The notes: generated by a model from the letters alone, not told the origin. A stretch of DNA of 32,000 nt from Chlamydiota bacterium (GCA_016196885.1 JACPWU010000054.1:1-32000); one strand, 5' to 3'. Positions 1-8,241 are shown, counted from the stretch's first letter. Numbers and translations: made by a program.

Positions 1-1
1 A

Positions 2-628
2 GGAAGCCTTTTTGCGGATTTGACGATTGTTCAGAAAGTGGAGTCGAGCGGTGTGATGGGTCAGCCGCCTAGAAATGGGACGATGACGATTTACATCAAG
101 GGTTCGATGGCAAAAATCGAAAACATGGGTCCTTCCATGTCGGAGGTTGTAGATTTAGATTCAGGACGATTTTCCATGATAAATGCTGCTCAGAAAACGG
201 TGATGGTGATGACCGCCGATCAAATGAAGCAGTTTGCTGGGATGATGGGTCAATCTGGGGCGATGACTCCTGTCGCTCAAGAGCTCGGTCATTCCAAGAC
301 CGTCAATGGGTACTCCTGTGAGGAATATAAGGTGACCACCAGCGGAATGGTTTCGTCCGAGACCCTGGCCTGCATCTCAGATCAAATTGACACAAAGGAC
401 ATGGAGAGGTTTCGTAAATTTTCCGAAGATCTTTCAAAGCAATTCGGTGGGCTGCCCCCTGAAATCAAAGGGTATCCTGTGGTTTCGGATGCGAAGATTA
501 CGGTGATGGGGCAGAATATCACCACTCACTGTGAGTTGGTCAGCGTTTCCCATGACGCCATTGCCGATTCCATTTTTGTCGTTCCATCCGATTATCAAGT
601 GATGGAAATGCCGAAGATGCAACAGTAA
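2..628 (+). CDS. Hypothetical exported protein, DUF4412-like; 5' end lies outside the window
   Basis: The frame is open from nt 2 with no upstream stop, so the track start at TTG 20 is probably internal. Stop is TAA 626-628. The pattern LFADL...GTMTIYIKGSMAKIEN resembles the N-terminal region of DUF4412 proteins (recalled pattern, not searched). Confidence 0.55.
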   Translation, partial: GSLFADLTIVQKVESSGVMGQPPRNGTMTIYIKGSMAKIENMGPSMSEVVDLDSGRFSMINAAQKTVMVMTADQMKQFAGMMGQSGAMTPVAQELGHSKTVNGYSCEEYKVTTSGMVSSETLACISDQIDTKDMERFRKFSEDLSKQFGGLPPEIKGYPVVSDAKITVMGQNITTHCELVSVSHDAIADSIFVVPSDYQVMEMPKMQQ

Positions 629-690
629 CAGATTTGGAGTCAAGTCTTGACCCCCCATGCATTTTCAAGATGGCTCTATGGCTATCGCCA

Positions 691-882
691 GATGATGTAT
701 TTAAAAGTGTGTCCTTTATCCATGCGGGTGACGCCCAACGGGGTCCCCATCAAGCGCCAGCAGGTCGAGTCACCTGCATCAGCTATACATCTGGATCCAT
801 CATCGAGACCGATGCCGTTGATGGGGTGGTTGGGCGGCAGGCCCCGCCACCTTTCCAAAGGACACACTTTTAAATACTGGAT
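691..882. mobile_element. MITE-like element E1, copy 1 (192 bp, no ORF of its own)
   Basis: Perfect 21-bp terminal inverted repeats: GTATTTAAAAGTGTGTCCTTT (697-717) and AAAGGACACACTTTTAAATAC (857-877). It is flanked flush by the 9-bp direct repeat CTATCGCCA (682-690 and 883-891), consistent with a target-site duplication. A second copy lies at 3294-3487. Confidence 0.75.
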
Positions 883-920
883 CTATCGCCATCCGTAAAA
901 TTTTTTTCTACACTTGTAGC

Positions 921-950
921 TTGAATAGGGTAGAATAGTAGGCGTATAAT
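921..950 (+). promoter_or_regulatory. Sigma70-like promoter for the CxxC small-protein gene
   Basis: TTGAAT (921-926), an 18-nt spacer, then TATAAT (945-950). An AAGGA ribosome-binding site lies about 7 nt before ATG 999. Confidence 0.5.
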
Positions 951-998
951 GCTAGGCGTGTTTTAAATATTTCTATCCTACAACAAAAAGGAATCAAT

Positions 999-1163
999 AT
1001 GGCGTTTCAACAAGGTGGTGGTTTTGGCGGTCAGTCACGGGAAAGATTCAAGGCGGTTTGTGCAGATTGTAAAAAGGAATGCGAAGTTCCTTTCAAACCC
1101 AGCGGAGATCGTCCCGTCTACTGCAAGGATTGTTTTTCAAAGCGTAAGAACAGTGGTCGCTGA
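999..1163 (+). CDS. CxxC-x17-CxxC domain small protein (54 aa)
   Basis: Hand translation: MAFQQGGGFGGQSRERFKAVCADCKKECEVPFKPSGDRPVYCKDCFSKRKNSGR. It has CADC and CKDC 17 residues apart and a Gly-rich N-terminus. It is below the ORF-track length cutoff. A promoter, an RBS and a terminator flank it. Confidence 0.8.
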   Translation: MAFQQGGGFGGQSRERFKAVCADCKKECEVPFKPSGDRPVYCKDCFSKRKNSGR

Positions 1164-1206
1164 ACAATAAGTAGAGCTTTTGGTTGTTATGAACCCCTGT
1201 TTTGTC

Positions 1207-1259
1207 GCAGAATGACTCACTGGCTCCTTGGAGTGAAGTGGGTCATTCTGCTTTTTTTT
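1207..1259 (+). terminator. Rho-independent terminator after the CxxC gene
   Basis: A 14-bp stem, GCAGAATGACTCAC (1207-1220) / GTGGGTCATTCTGC (1238-1251), with one G-U pair, followed by T8 (1252-1259). Confidence 0.75.
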
Positions 1260-1282
1260 GCTATGAAAGTGAAGCTCATTCT

Positions 1283-1327
1283 GTAGTCGCCCCATTTATG
1301 GGGCTGCCCGATGAATCGGGCGACTAC
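1283..1327. repeat. 45-nt double-hairpin REP-like repeat (copy 1)
   Basis: GTAGTCGC[CCCCATTTATGGGG]CTG[CCCGATGAATCGGG]CGACTAC: an outer stem enclosing two small hairpins. A near-identical copy in inverted orientation lies at 27127-27170. Confidence 0.6.
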
Positions 1328-1392
1328 AAAAAAAGCATGATGGGAAGGACTTTCATCACACACGATGATCTCGAAGGATCATTGAAATTATT

Positions 1393-3252
1393 ATGCCTGC
1401 TCAACTTCAAATCAAAAATCTCTACAAGAGTTACGGCCCTCATATTATTTTTGAGGGGGCGACGGCCTCTTTTTCGACCGATCAGAAAATTGGTGTGATC
1501 GGACGCAATGGAGCGGGGAAATCCACGCTCTGTAAAATTCTCACGGGCCAGGAAGACATGGAAGAGGGAGAGATTTGCAAGAGCGCCGATTTGCGTTTGA
1601 GCTATTTAGAACAGCACGATGCCTTCGGGCCGGATGAAACGGTCTTGGAATTTTTAAAGCGCTACACCCAGAAAGAAGGGTGGAAATGCGGGAAGGTGGC
1701 CTCCCGATTTCAGATCAAGAATGATCTTCTCACGACCCCGGTCAAAAATCTCTCCGGGGGTTATCAAACCCGTCTGAAATTGACGGCCATGCTGCTTCCC
1801 GAGCCCAACTTCCTTATTCTGGATGAACCTACAAATTATCTCGATTTAAATACACTGATTCTCTTAGAGAATTTTCTTCTCGATTTTGATGGGGGCTATC
1901 TCATTGTGTCTCATGACCGTGAATTTCTGAAGCGTACCTGTACCTCTACCTTAGAGGCCCAGCGAGGGAATCTTTTTTCCTATCCGGGCAATGTGGAGGA
2001 TTATCTGGATTTTAAAGAGGCTCAGAAAGAGCAAAGGGAGAGTATCCATAAATCTATTACCTCTAAGAAGAAGCAGCTTCAGACCTTTGTGGATCGTTTT
2101 GGGGCCAATGCGGCGACAGCGGCTCTGGCACAATCCAAACGCAAACTCATCGAGAAATTGGATTCCCAGACGATTGAAGTGGGGCATCCCATGGGGAGTG
2201 TCAGGATTAAGATTCCGTCCGTGGATCGTAAGTATGGGGTTGCCCTGCGCTGTGAAGATTTGGCCATTGGATACCCCTCGAGGCTTGTCGCAAGTGAGAT
2301 TCATCTAGAACTCGAACGCGGGGATCGAGTCGCGGTTTTGGGAGAGAATGGCCAAGGCAAAACGACATTCATGAGAACCATCGCGGATCATTTGTCTCCC
2401 AAGAGCGGGACCTATCGCTGGGGGGCCGGAACTAAAATAGGATATTATGCCCAGCATGTGCTTTCCATGCTGCATCCCTTGGAGGATGTTTACACCCATT
2501 TGAAGAAAAATGCGGCCCAAGGGATTTTACATCAGGACATTTTGAACATGGCGGGGAGTTTCTTATTTAAAGGAGACGATGTTGAAAAGAAGGTGTCTGT
2601 CTTGAGCGGAGGAGAAAAGGCCCGGCTCTGTCTTGCCGGGCTTTTGCTTTCCAAATGCAATGTGCTTTTGTTGGATGAGCCAACGAATCATTTGGATTTT
2701 GAAACGGTAGAGGCCTTGGGCCTGGCCCTAAAAAATTATGAGGGAACCGTTTTTTTTATCAGCCATGACCGTACTTTTGTGAATCTCATTGCGACAAAAA
2801 TATTGGATGTAAAAGGAGGTCGAATTATCCGATATCCTGGGACTTATGAGGAATATGTATATGTTTTAGAACGGGAGGCAAGAAGCGGAGGACCTCGAGA
2901 AGAAGTGCAAGATCCAAAGGTCTCTCGAAAAGATTCTCTTGTGCAGGAACAAGAAAAGAAATTAGCGCCTTCTTCTTCCGAGGCCCCGAAAAAATTGACT
3001 TACGTGGAACGTAAGTCCCTTCAGTCAGAGTTGAAAAAGTTAGAGAAAAGGCTTCAGCGTGTGGAAGGCGAGATGAATTTATTCCGAGCAGAAAAAGATG
3101 CTATTTTAAAACAATTTGCTGAAAATCCTACTTCCTGGAAACGTAAACTGAGCGACCGTGCGGAAATGCTTACCAAACTTGTGAATGATCAGGAAGAAAT
3201 TTGGCTGGCGTTGCAGCAAAAGACAGATGACATGAGGGAGCGGTTGGGTTAA
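1393..3252 (+). CDS. ABC-F family ATPase (two ABC domains, no membrane domain, coiled-coil C-terminal tail; Uup-like)
   Basis: Walker A motifs GRNGAGKST and GENGQGKTT. Signature motifs LSGGYQTRL and LSGGEKARL. Walker B motifs LILDEPTNYLD and LLLDEPTNHLD. The C-terminus is charged and helical. Confidence 0.93.
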   Translation: MPAQLQIKNLYKSYGPHIIFEGATASFSTDQKIGVIGRNGAGKSTLCKILTGQEDMEEGEICKSADLRLSYLEQHDAFGPDETVLEFLKRYTQKEGWKCGKVASRFQIKNDLLTTPVKNLSGGYQTRLKLTAMLLPEPNFLILDEPTNYLDLNTLILLENFLLDFDGGYLIVSHDREFLKRTCTSTLEAQRGNLFSYPGNVEDYLDFKEAQKEQRESIHKSITSKKKQLQTFVDRFGANAATAALAQSKRKLIEKLDSQTIEVGHPMGSVRIKIPSVDRKYGVALRCEDLAIGYPSRLVASEIHLELERGDRVAVLGENGQGKTTFMRTIADHLSPKSGTYRWGAGTKIGYYAQHVLSMLHPLEDVYTHLKKNAAQGILHQDILNMAGSFLFKGDDVEKKVSVLSGGEKARLCLAGLLLSKCNVLLLDEPTNHLDFETVEALGLALKNYEGTVFFISHDRTFVNLIATKILDVKGGRIIRYPGTYEEYVYVLEREARSGGPREEVQDPKVSRKDSLVQEQEKKLAPSSSEAPKKLTYVERKSLQSELKKLEKRLQRVEGEMNLFRAEKDAILKQFAENPTSWKRKLSDRAEMLTKLVNDQEEIWLALQQKTDDMRERLG

Positions 3253-3293
3253 ACCCAAGTCATGCGTCTTTTTCCATGCCCATTTTCTTTTAC

Positions 3294-3487
3294 ACTGATC
3301 CAGTATTTAAAGGTGTGTCCTTTTATGGATGCGGGTGACGCCAACGGGGTCCCCATCAAGTGCCAGAAGAAAGAGTCATTCGCATCAGCTATACATCTCG
3401 ATCCCTCATCGAGACCGATGCCGTTGATGGGGTGGTTGGGCGGCAGGACCCGCCACCTTTCCAAAGGGCACACCTTTAAATACATTA
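3294..3487. mobile_element. MITE-like element E1, copy 2 (194 bp)
   Basis: TIRs at 3303-3323 and 3463-3483. It is flanked by the 8-bp direct repeat TCTTTTAC (3286-3293 and 3488-3495). Orientation matches copy 1, and most positions are identical by eye outside a divergent core at 3361-3383. Confidence 0.75.
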
Positions 3488-3709
3488 TCTTTTACGCTGC
3501 AGAGGATCGAAAAAGATTGACATTTAGAGCAAAATCCTTTAGCCTAACGGTGTTCGGTGTATGCACAGGTGAGATAAAGCCTTTCTGCATGAGGTTGGAA
3601 CGGTGGGGCTTCGGGGATCTGGGTTGAGGGCAAGATCAAGTGGTGAGGAACATAAGAAGAGAGGGGTCATCGTGAGATAAAAATTTGGGAAGCCGGTTGA
3701 TAGGTTAAG

Positions 3710-3750
3710 AAAGCCCAACCTTGGGATGAGAGGTTGGGCTTTTTGTTTGT
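3710..3750 (+). terminator. Rho-independent terminator with no annotated gene directly upstream
   Basis: A perfect 11-bp stem, AAGCCCAACCT (3711-3721) / AGGTTGGGCTT (3731-3741), with a 9-nt loop, followed by TTTTTGTTTGTT. Confidence 0.6.
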
Positions 3751-3807
3751 TCACGGGATTTACTTGGAGAGGGAAGAAGAGGGATCCGTGGGAAAGAGGT
3801 GGCTTTC

Positions 3808-4626
3808 ATGAAACATAGCCTCCAAATTCAAAGGGGAGAAAAGGGGACAACGGTGTTGGAGGTTCTTTCCAGTGTGACCATTGTTTTAACATTGGCCTCC
3901 CTTTTGTTAAGTTCTATCACCGGCGCCCGTGAGAAAAGCCACAAGGCTCTTTGCATTAACAATCTCAAGCATTTAACAGCGGCCTTTATCATGTTTGCCA
4001 ATGACAGTCAGGAATTTCCATCAGAAATTGCTTTTCGGGAAAGGCCTTTTGAGGAACCCAATTTTGGTTTGGCCTTTGCAAGCGTCAGCGATTATTACGA
4101 CAATGAATATGTCATTACCCGATGTCCCAATGTCCAAGGTTCCATTACGGATTCAACACCCGTTTACTCGTATGGGCTTAATCAATTGATTCGCGGGGTG
4201 AACTTAAGTCGGGTTCAAAAGGCTTCTGAAATTGTCCTGGTTGCAGAGAGTGATGATAAAGAAGCCATTAGTACGGTAGAGGATGTTGCTTATCGGCATG
4301 CGGGGATTGCCTTTGCGGGTTTTGCAGATGGGCATGTGGCAAAGGTTGAACCGATGTCATTGGAGAATTCGCCTGAAAACTATTATGGAAGTGTGGAGAT
4401 ACCTCCTAGTTCCCAGGAGCCTGTTGATCCAGATTCAAACTCAAACAGCACATGGAACAACGGTGTGGGAAATGGAGAGGAGGATCCTTCAGGAGATCCC
4501 AATAACTCGGGAAATCCACCCACTGAAAACGATGGGGCAGGGACAAGCCCTGGGAGCCCTGGAAATCAAGGGGGGACACCCTCTGAAGTGGTGGGGAAAG
4601 GGGTTCTCTACAAAGGGGGACAATGA
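3808..4626 (+). CDS. Type IV pilin-like protein with prepilin N-terminal motif and H-X9-DG motif (DUF1559-like)
   Basis: KG/TTVLEV has Glu at +5 after the Gly, followed by a hydrophobic helix. AREKSHKALCINNLKHL is typical of the DUF1559 class. HAGIAFAGFADG matches H-X9-DG exactly. ATG 3808 is preferred over the track's GTG 3799 because of AGAGG 8 nt upstream. The C-terminal tail is G/N/P/S-rich. Confidence 0.8.
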   Translation: MKHSLQIQRGEKGTTVLEVLSSVTIVLTLASLLLSSITGAREKSHKALCINNLKHLTAAFIMFANDSQEFPSEIAFRERPFEEPNFGLAFASVSDYYDNEYVITRCPNVQGSITDSTPVYSYGLNQLIRGVNLSRVQKASEIVLVAESDDKEAISTVEDVAYRHAGIAFAGFADGHVAKVEPMSLENSPENYYGSVEIPPSSQEPVDPDSNSNSTWNNGVGNGEEDPSGDPNNSGNPPTENDGAGTSPGSPGNQGGTPSEVVGKGVLYKGGQ

Positions 4627-4750
4627 GGGTTCTCCCGGTAACAGTGGCAACAGTCCAAGCAAGGGTTCGAAGAAATAAACATTCCAAGCCTCGTAAAATT
4701 CGATTGATTTTTCCAGTTTTGCTTTTTGAAGGAAGACAAATTATGCTATA

Positions 4751-5962
4751 ATGGTGGAAATGACACATATGACGAATTCACCCCATGAGCATTTCTATGG
4801 TTTAGGCATTGCCCCTCAATTTCTTCAGGTTTTGGAAAAGGCAAAATTTCATACCCCAACCCCGATTCAGCAAAAAGCGATTCCTCTGGCCATTGAAGGG
4901 AAAGACGTGGTTGGGATTGCTCAGACGGGAACTGGAAAAACCTTTGCTTTTGGAATTCCCATGATGCAGCGCCTGGCTCAGAAATCGGGTCTGGGTCTTG
5001 TGTTGGTTCCCACCCGTGAACTCGCGGTTCAAGTCGAGAAGAGCTTGCATTTTTTAAATCCCAAAATGAAAATGGCGGTTTTGATTGGCGGGGCTTCGAT
5101 GGAGCATCAGATTCAATCGCTTCGTCAGCATCCACGAATTTTGGTTGCGACGCCGGGCCGCTTGATTGACCACATGAGGCAAGGGTATGTTTCTTTGAGG
5201 GAGGTGATGATTCTTGTTCTGGATGAGGCGGATCGCATGCTGGACATGGGTTTTGCCCCTCAAATTCAGGTGATTCTGAAATCGATTCCGAAGGATCGCC
5301 AGACGCTTTTTTTCTCCGCGACCATGTCTCCAGAGGTGATGAGACTCACGGCTACGCACATGAAGCTTCCCACTCAAGTCGAGATTGCGAAGTCTGGAAC
5401 GGTGGCAGAGAAAGTGACTCAGGAAGTTTTTGTAGTTCATAAAGATTCAAAGAGAAAATTACTCGAGAAGGTGTTGATTCAATATGGAGGGACTATTCTT
5501 CTCTTTGTTCGGACTAAAATCGGGGCTCAGAAGCTGACGAGGTATGTTCGGGGGTTGGGTCAAAATGCGGCGGAGATTCACTCCGATCGCTCTTTTGGAC
5601 AGCGTCGAGAAGCCTTGGAAGGTTTTAAATCAGGGAAATATCGGATTCTGGTTGCAACCGATGTGGCGGCCCGGGGTTTGGATGTCTCGGGCATTGAATT
5701 GGTCATCAATTATGATCTTCCAGATGATTCCGAAAATTATGTCCATCGAATCGGCCGAACCGGACGGGCCGGTAATCCGGGGCATGCGATTTCTTTTGCA
5801 ACACCAGATCAGGGAAAAGATGTTCGCGATATCGAGAGCATCATGAGAACGGCACTCCCCGTTTCACAACATCCGGAAATCCCTTCGGAGAGTTTTGTGG
5901 CTCAAGCGCCTCAACGGGTTTTTTCAAGCAACAAGGGGCGTCGAAGAAGGATGTTGAGATAG
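4751..5962 (+). CDS. DEAD-box ATP-dependent RNA helicase (RhlE-like)
   Basis: Motifs PTPIQ, AQTGTGKT, PTRELA, TPGR, DEAD, SAT, ARGLD and HRIGRTGRAG, with a basic C-terminal tail. The start is ambiguous between ATG 4751, 4760 and 4769. Confidence 0.93.
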   Translation: MVEMTHMTNSPHEHFYGLGIAPQFLQVLEKAKFHTPTPIQQKAIPLAIEGKDVVGIAQTGTGKTFAFGIPMMQRLAQKSGLGLVLVPTRELAVQVEKSLHFLNPKMKMAVLIGGASMEHQIQSLRQHPRILVATPGRLIDHMRQGYVSLREVMILVLDEADRMLDMGFAPQIQVILKSIPKDRQTLFFSATMSPEVMRLTATHMKLPTQVEIAKSGTVAEKVTQEVFVVHKDSKRKLLEKVLIQYGGTILLFVRTKIGAQKLTRYVRGLGQNAAEIHSDRSFGQRREALEGFKSGKYRILVATDVAARGLDVSGIELVINYDLPDDSENYVHRIGRTGRAGNPGHAISFATPDQGKDVRDIESIMRTALPVSQHPEIPSESFVAQAPQRVFSSNKGRRRRMLR

Positions 5963-5964
5963 GA

Positions 5965-7389
5965 TCACTGGCAAGAATCCATCAGTTCACCTGCAAGAAT
6001 TGTTTTATAAAAGTAACCGGAATGGAGAAGGTCCTCGGTAGGCCTTGTTTTCGTGATCAAAATTTTTTGAAGGGTTTTCTTTGTTCTTTTTTGAATCAAC
6101 TCTACCTTTTTCTGTGTTTCGGCCATCACACTTTTCCCAGGACGCGACGCGGTGTATTTCATTTCGCATAAACACAGGACTTTATCTGCACGGTCAAATA
6201 AAAGATCAATCTGAATGCCGGATTGCGATCTTTTACCGTGCAACTCAAAATAAGGTCCACAGGTAAAATCAATTCCGGAAAACCCTAAAATCTCAGCAAT
6301 TTTTTTGGCATGATCCACGCATACATACTCAAAAGATCGTCCCAGCCAAGAAGAGAATGATGAGGTTTGAGTGATACGGCTAAAGAGGTCATCCAAGTTA
6401 TTTTCAATTTTACGAAGCGTGGGTTCAATGAATGAGAAATAAAATCTTAAATAGGCATCCGAAAGACAATACACAATATGGCGGCTCTTGGGACCTTTGT
6501 TAAAAGGTCGGTAGGAGCGAATAAATCCAGCCGTCTCCAAATCGTAAAGCAGGGCCGACAGTCCTCCGCCTGCCTGGATCCGCGTTTTCTTGGAAAGGGT
6601 GCTTCTCGCAAGACCATAGGGGGATTGAGCCAGGCACTCGACGATTTTACGATAATCAGGATTTTTCCCAAAGTGTGATACAAAGATGCGATCGTACTCT
6701 CCAACAAAATAGCCATTGGATTTAAATCCGAGATTTTGCATGCCCAAAAGAATAGAGGGTTCTCGCTTCAGAAGTTCGAGGTATTTTGGAACGCCTCCCA
6801 CCATCATTTGGGCCAAGAAAATTTCATCCTCTGATTTTCCAGTTAAAAAGAGTTTTGTTTCATTTAAAGAAAAGGGTTTAAGGTGGATGATTAAATCCGA
6901 GCGACCAAAAAGGGCCTTCGACTTAACGACTTTCTTGATCATAAAGGAAGCAATAGAACCGCAGAGAATCAAGTGTACCGCAGACGCCCGACTCAAGTAT
7001 TGTTCCCAAACCATTTTCAAATCAGAGATAATCTCCGTGCGATCATTGGCCATCCACTGGAACTCATCAAACACCAAGGTCACAGGCTCTTGACACACAG
7101 GGATCAGCTCTTTAAAAACCTCTCGCCAGGGGCTAGATCCAGAAAAGGGCCGAGGTTGACTTTTCGTTTGAAAGAACAATTGTGAGAGAAAATTTTGGAT
7201 CTGATGGGATTTCCCTTGATTCTCTAAGCCTTCAAAAAAGTAGGCCCGCTGACCCGTCAGTGCTTCTTGAATCAGCGCGGTTTTTCCAATGCGCCTTCTT
7301 CCATAAATGATGGACAGTGTCGGCTTTTTTTGATGAATTTGGGATCGAAGGGCCTGAATCTCGGCCTCCCGAGCAATGAACGGACGCAC
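5965..7389 (-). CDS. AAA+ ATPase of the archaeal-ATPase / DUF234 type
   Basis: It has the P-loop GRRRIGKT and a Walker B-like LVFDEF. The C-terminal region has the DAYLRFYFSFIEP pattern typical of DUF234 proteins. It uses a GTG start preceded by AAGGA. Confidence 0.85.
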   Translation of the reverse strand: MRPFIAREAEIQALRSQIHQKKPTLSIIYGRRRIGKTALIQEALTGQRAYFFEGLENQGKSHQIQNFLSQLFFQTKSQPRPFSGSSPWREVFKELIPVCQEPVTLVFDEFQWMANDRTEIISDLKMVWEQYLSRASAVHLILCGSIASFMIKKVVKSKALFGRSDLIIHLKPFSLNETKLFLTGKSEDEIFLAQMMVGGVPKYLELLKREPSILLGMQNLGFKSNGYFVGEYDRIFVSHFGKNPDYRKIVECLAQSPYGLARSTLSKKTRIQAGGGLSALLYDLETAGFIRSYRPFNKGPKSRHIVYCLSDAYLRFYFSFIEPTLRKIENNLDDLFSRITQTSSFSSWLGRSFEYVCVDHAKKIAEILGFSGIDFTCGPYFELHGKRSQSGIQIDLLFDRADKVLCLCEMKYTASRPGKSVMAETQKKVELIQKRTKKTLQKILITKTRPTEDLLHSGYFYKTILAGELMDSCQ

Positions 7390-7488
7390 GATTTTATTCC
7401 TTTACTTGAAAAAATAGCATATATAAGCGAAAAATCAATTAAAAAATACGCCTATAATGTATTTTTTGACTTATAAAGGCGTTTTTTT

Positions 7489-8241
7489 CTAAAAACTCGC
7501 CAATCGAATCACGAGATAAAGCACCAAAATCCCCAAAAGGGTTGTGAACGTCGTCCATTGGGTGGGGTGGGCGTGATGGCTTTCGGGGAGTAAGTCGCTG
7601 GCGCCTATATATAGGAAGAAGCCTGTAAAGAGGGCTAGAACGAGACCGAGCGCTTGTTCGGATAAGGTAAAGAAAAGCGTAGAAAGTACCCCCAGGGCGG
7701 GTGCCAGAGAATCCGCCAGAAGCCATCGAAACGCCAATTTCTTTTCTCCTCCATTTTTTAAGATTACACTCACAGTGTTGATTCCATCTGAAAAATCATG
7801 AACAAGTACAGCCGTGGCAACAATCACTCCCACAGAGGCAGACACTTGAAAAGCAAGACCGATGGCGATCCCATCCAAGAAACTGTGCAGAGATAAAGAG
7901 CTTGCGCTGAGTCTTCCTCGCGTTTTACTGTGAGTTGGATTTTTACAGGCTTCATCTGGATGAGAATGCAAAAGAGCTGTCCGGTCCAGAATCATGTAAA
8001 TCACAAAGCCCAGTGCTGTCATCGATGTGAGAAAGGAAATAGGGTAAACTTTACTCCCCAATTCAATGGCCTCTGGCAATAAATCAAAGAAAGCAACACC
8101 GATCACAGCCCCAGCGCTAAAACCAATGAAAAGATGAAGTTTGTCTTTGAATTTGAGGGCAAAGAGTCCCCCTAATAAGGTGGTCAGGAAAGCGGCGATA
8201 CTGATGAAGATGATGGTCATGGTTGAGTGAAGTCTCCCCAT
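7489..8241 (-). CDS. ZIP family metal (zinc/iron) transporter, ZupT-like
   Basis: It is polytopic and carries HDFSDGI and LPESHHAHP motifs, plus a His-containing cytoplasmic loop (HSHPDEACKNPTHS). Confidence 0.85.
   Translation of the reverse strand: MGRLHSTMTIIFISIAAFLTTLLGGLFALKFKDKLHLFIGFSAGAVIGVAFFDLLPEAIELGSKVYPISFLTSMTALGFVIYMILDRTALLHSHPDEACKNPTHSKTRGRLSASSLSLHSFLDGIAIGLAFQVSASVGVIVATAVLVHDFSDGINTVSVILKNGGEKKLAFRWLLADSLAPALGVLSTLFFTLSEQALGLVLALFTGFFLYIGASDLLPESHHAHPTQWTTFTTLLGILVLYLVIRLASF

Noticed and set aside
634-898. Track ORFs on both strands across 634-898 and 3249-3627 that share peptides such as KGHTFKY and PMPLMGWLGGR.
   Set aside because: They are translations of the two E1 MITE copies. 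The shared peptides simply mirror the inverted repeats. The ORFs have no RBS, and their boundaries differ between copies.
1202-1498. A 98-aa ORF overlapping the ABC-F start.
   Set aside because: It starts inside the terminator hairpin, runs through the REP-like repeat and overlaps the well-supported ABC-F start. It has no RBS.
682-3495. The two E1 copies in direct orientation as a composite transposon carrying the CxxC and ABC-F genes.
   Set aside because: Each copy has its own matching target-site duplication (CTATCGCCA versus TCTTTTAC). This indicates independent single-element insertions rather than mobilisation of the whole segment.
3600-3800. A c-di-GMP (GEMM-type) or other riboswitch upstream of the pilin-like gene.
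   Set aside because: Fragments such as GGGCAA and GGGAAGCCGG are only superficially similar. I could not lay out the conserved helices or tetraloop-receptor motifs. It is kept only as an unclassified candidate leader or sRNA.
4747-4752. A TATAAT hexamer overlapping the helicase ATG 4751, which could imply a downstream start or a leaderless mRNA.
   Set aside because: No convincing -35 lies at a proper spacing. It is noted only as a reason the helicase start (4751, 4760 or 4769) is uncertain.
5960-5967. Convergent helicase and ATPase genes separated by only 2 nt, with no terminator.
   Set aside because: Tight convergent gene ends are common, and nothing in the sequence suggests a special function.
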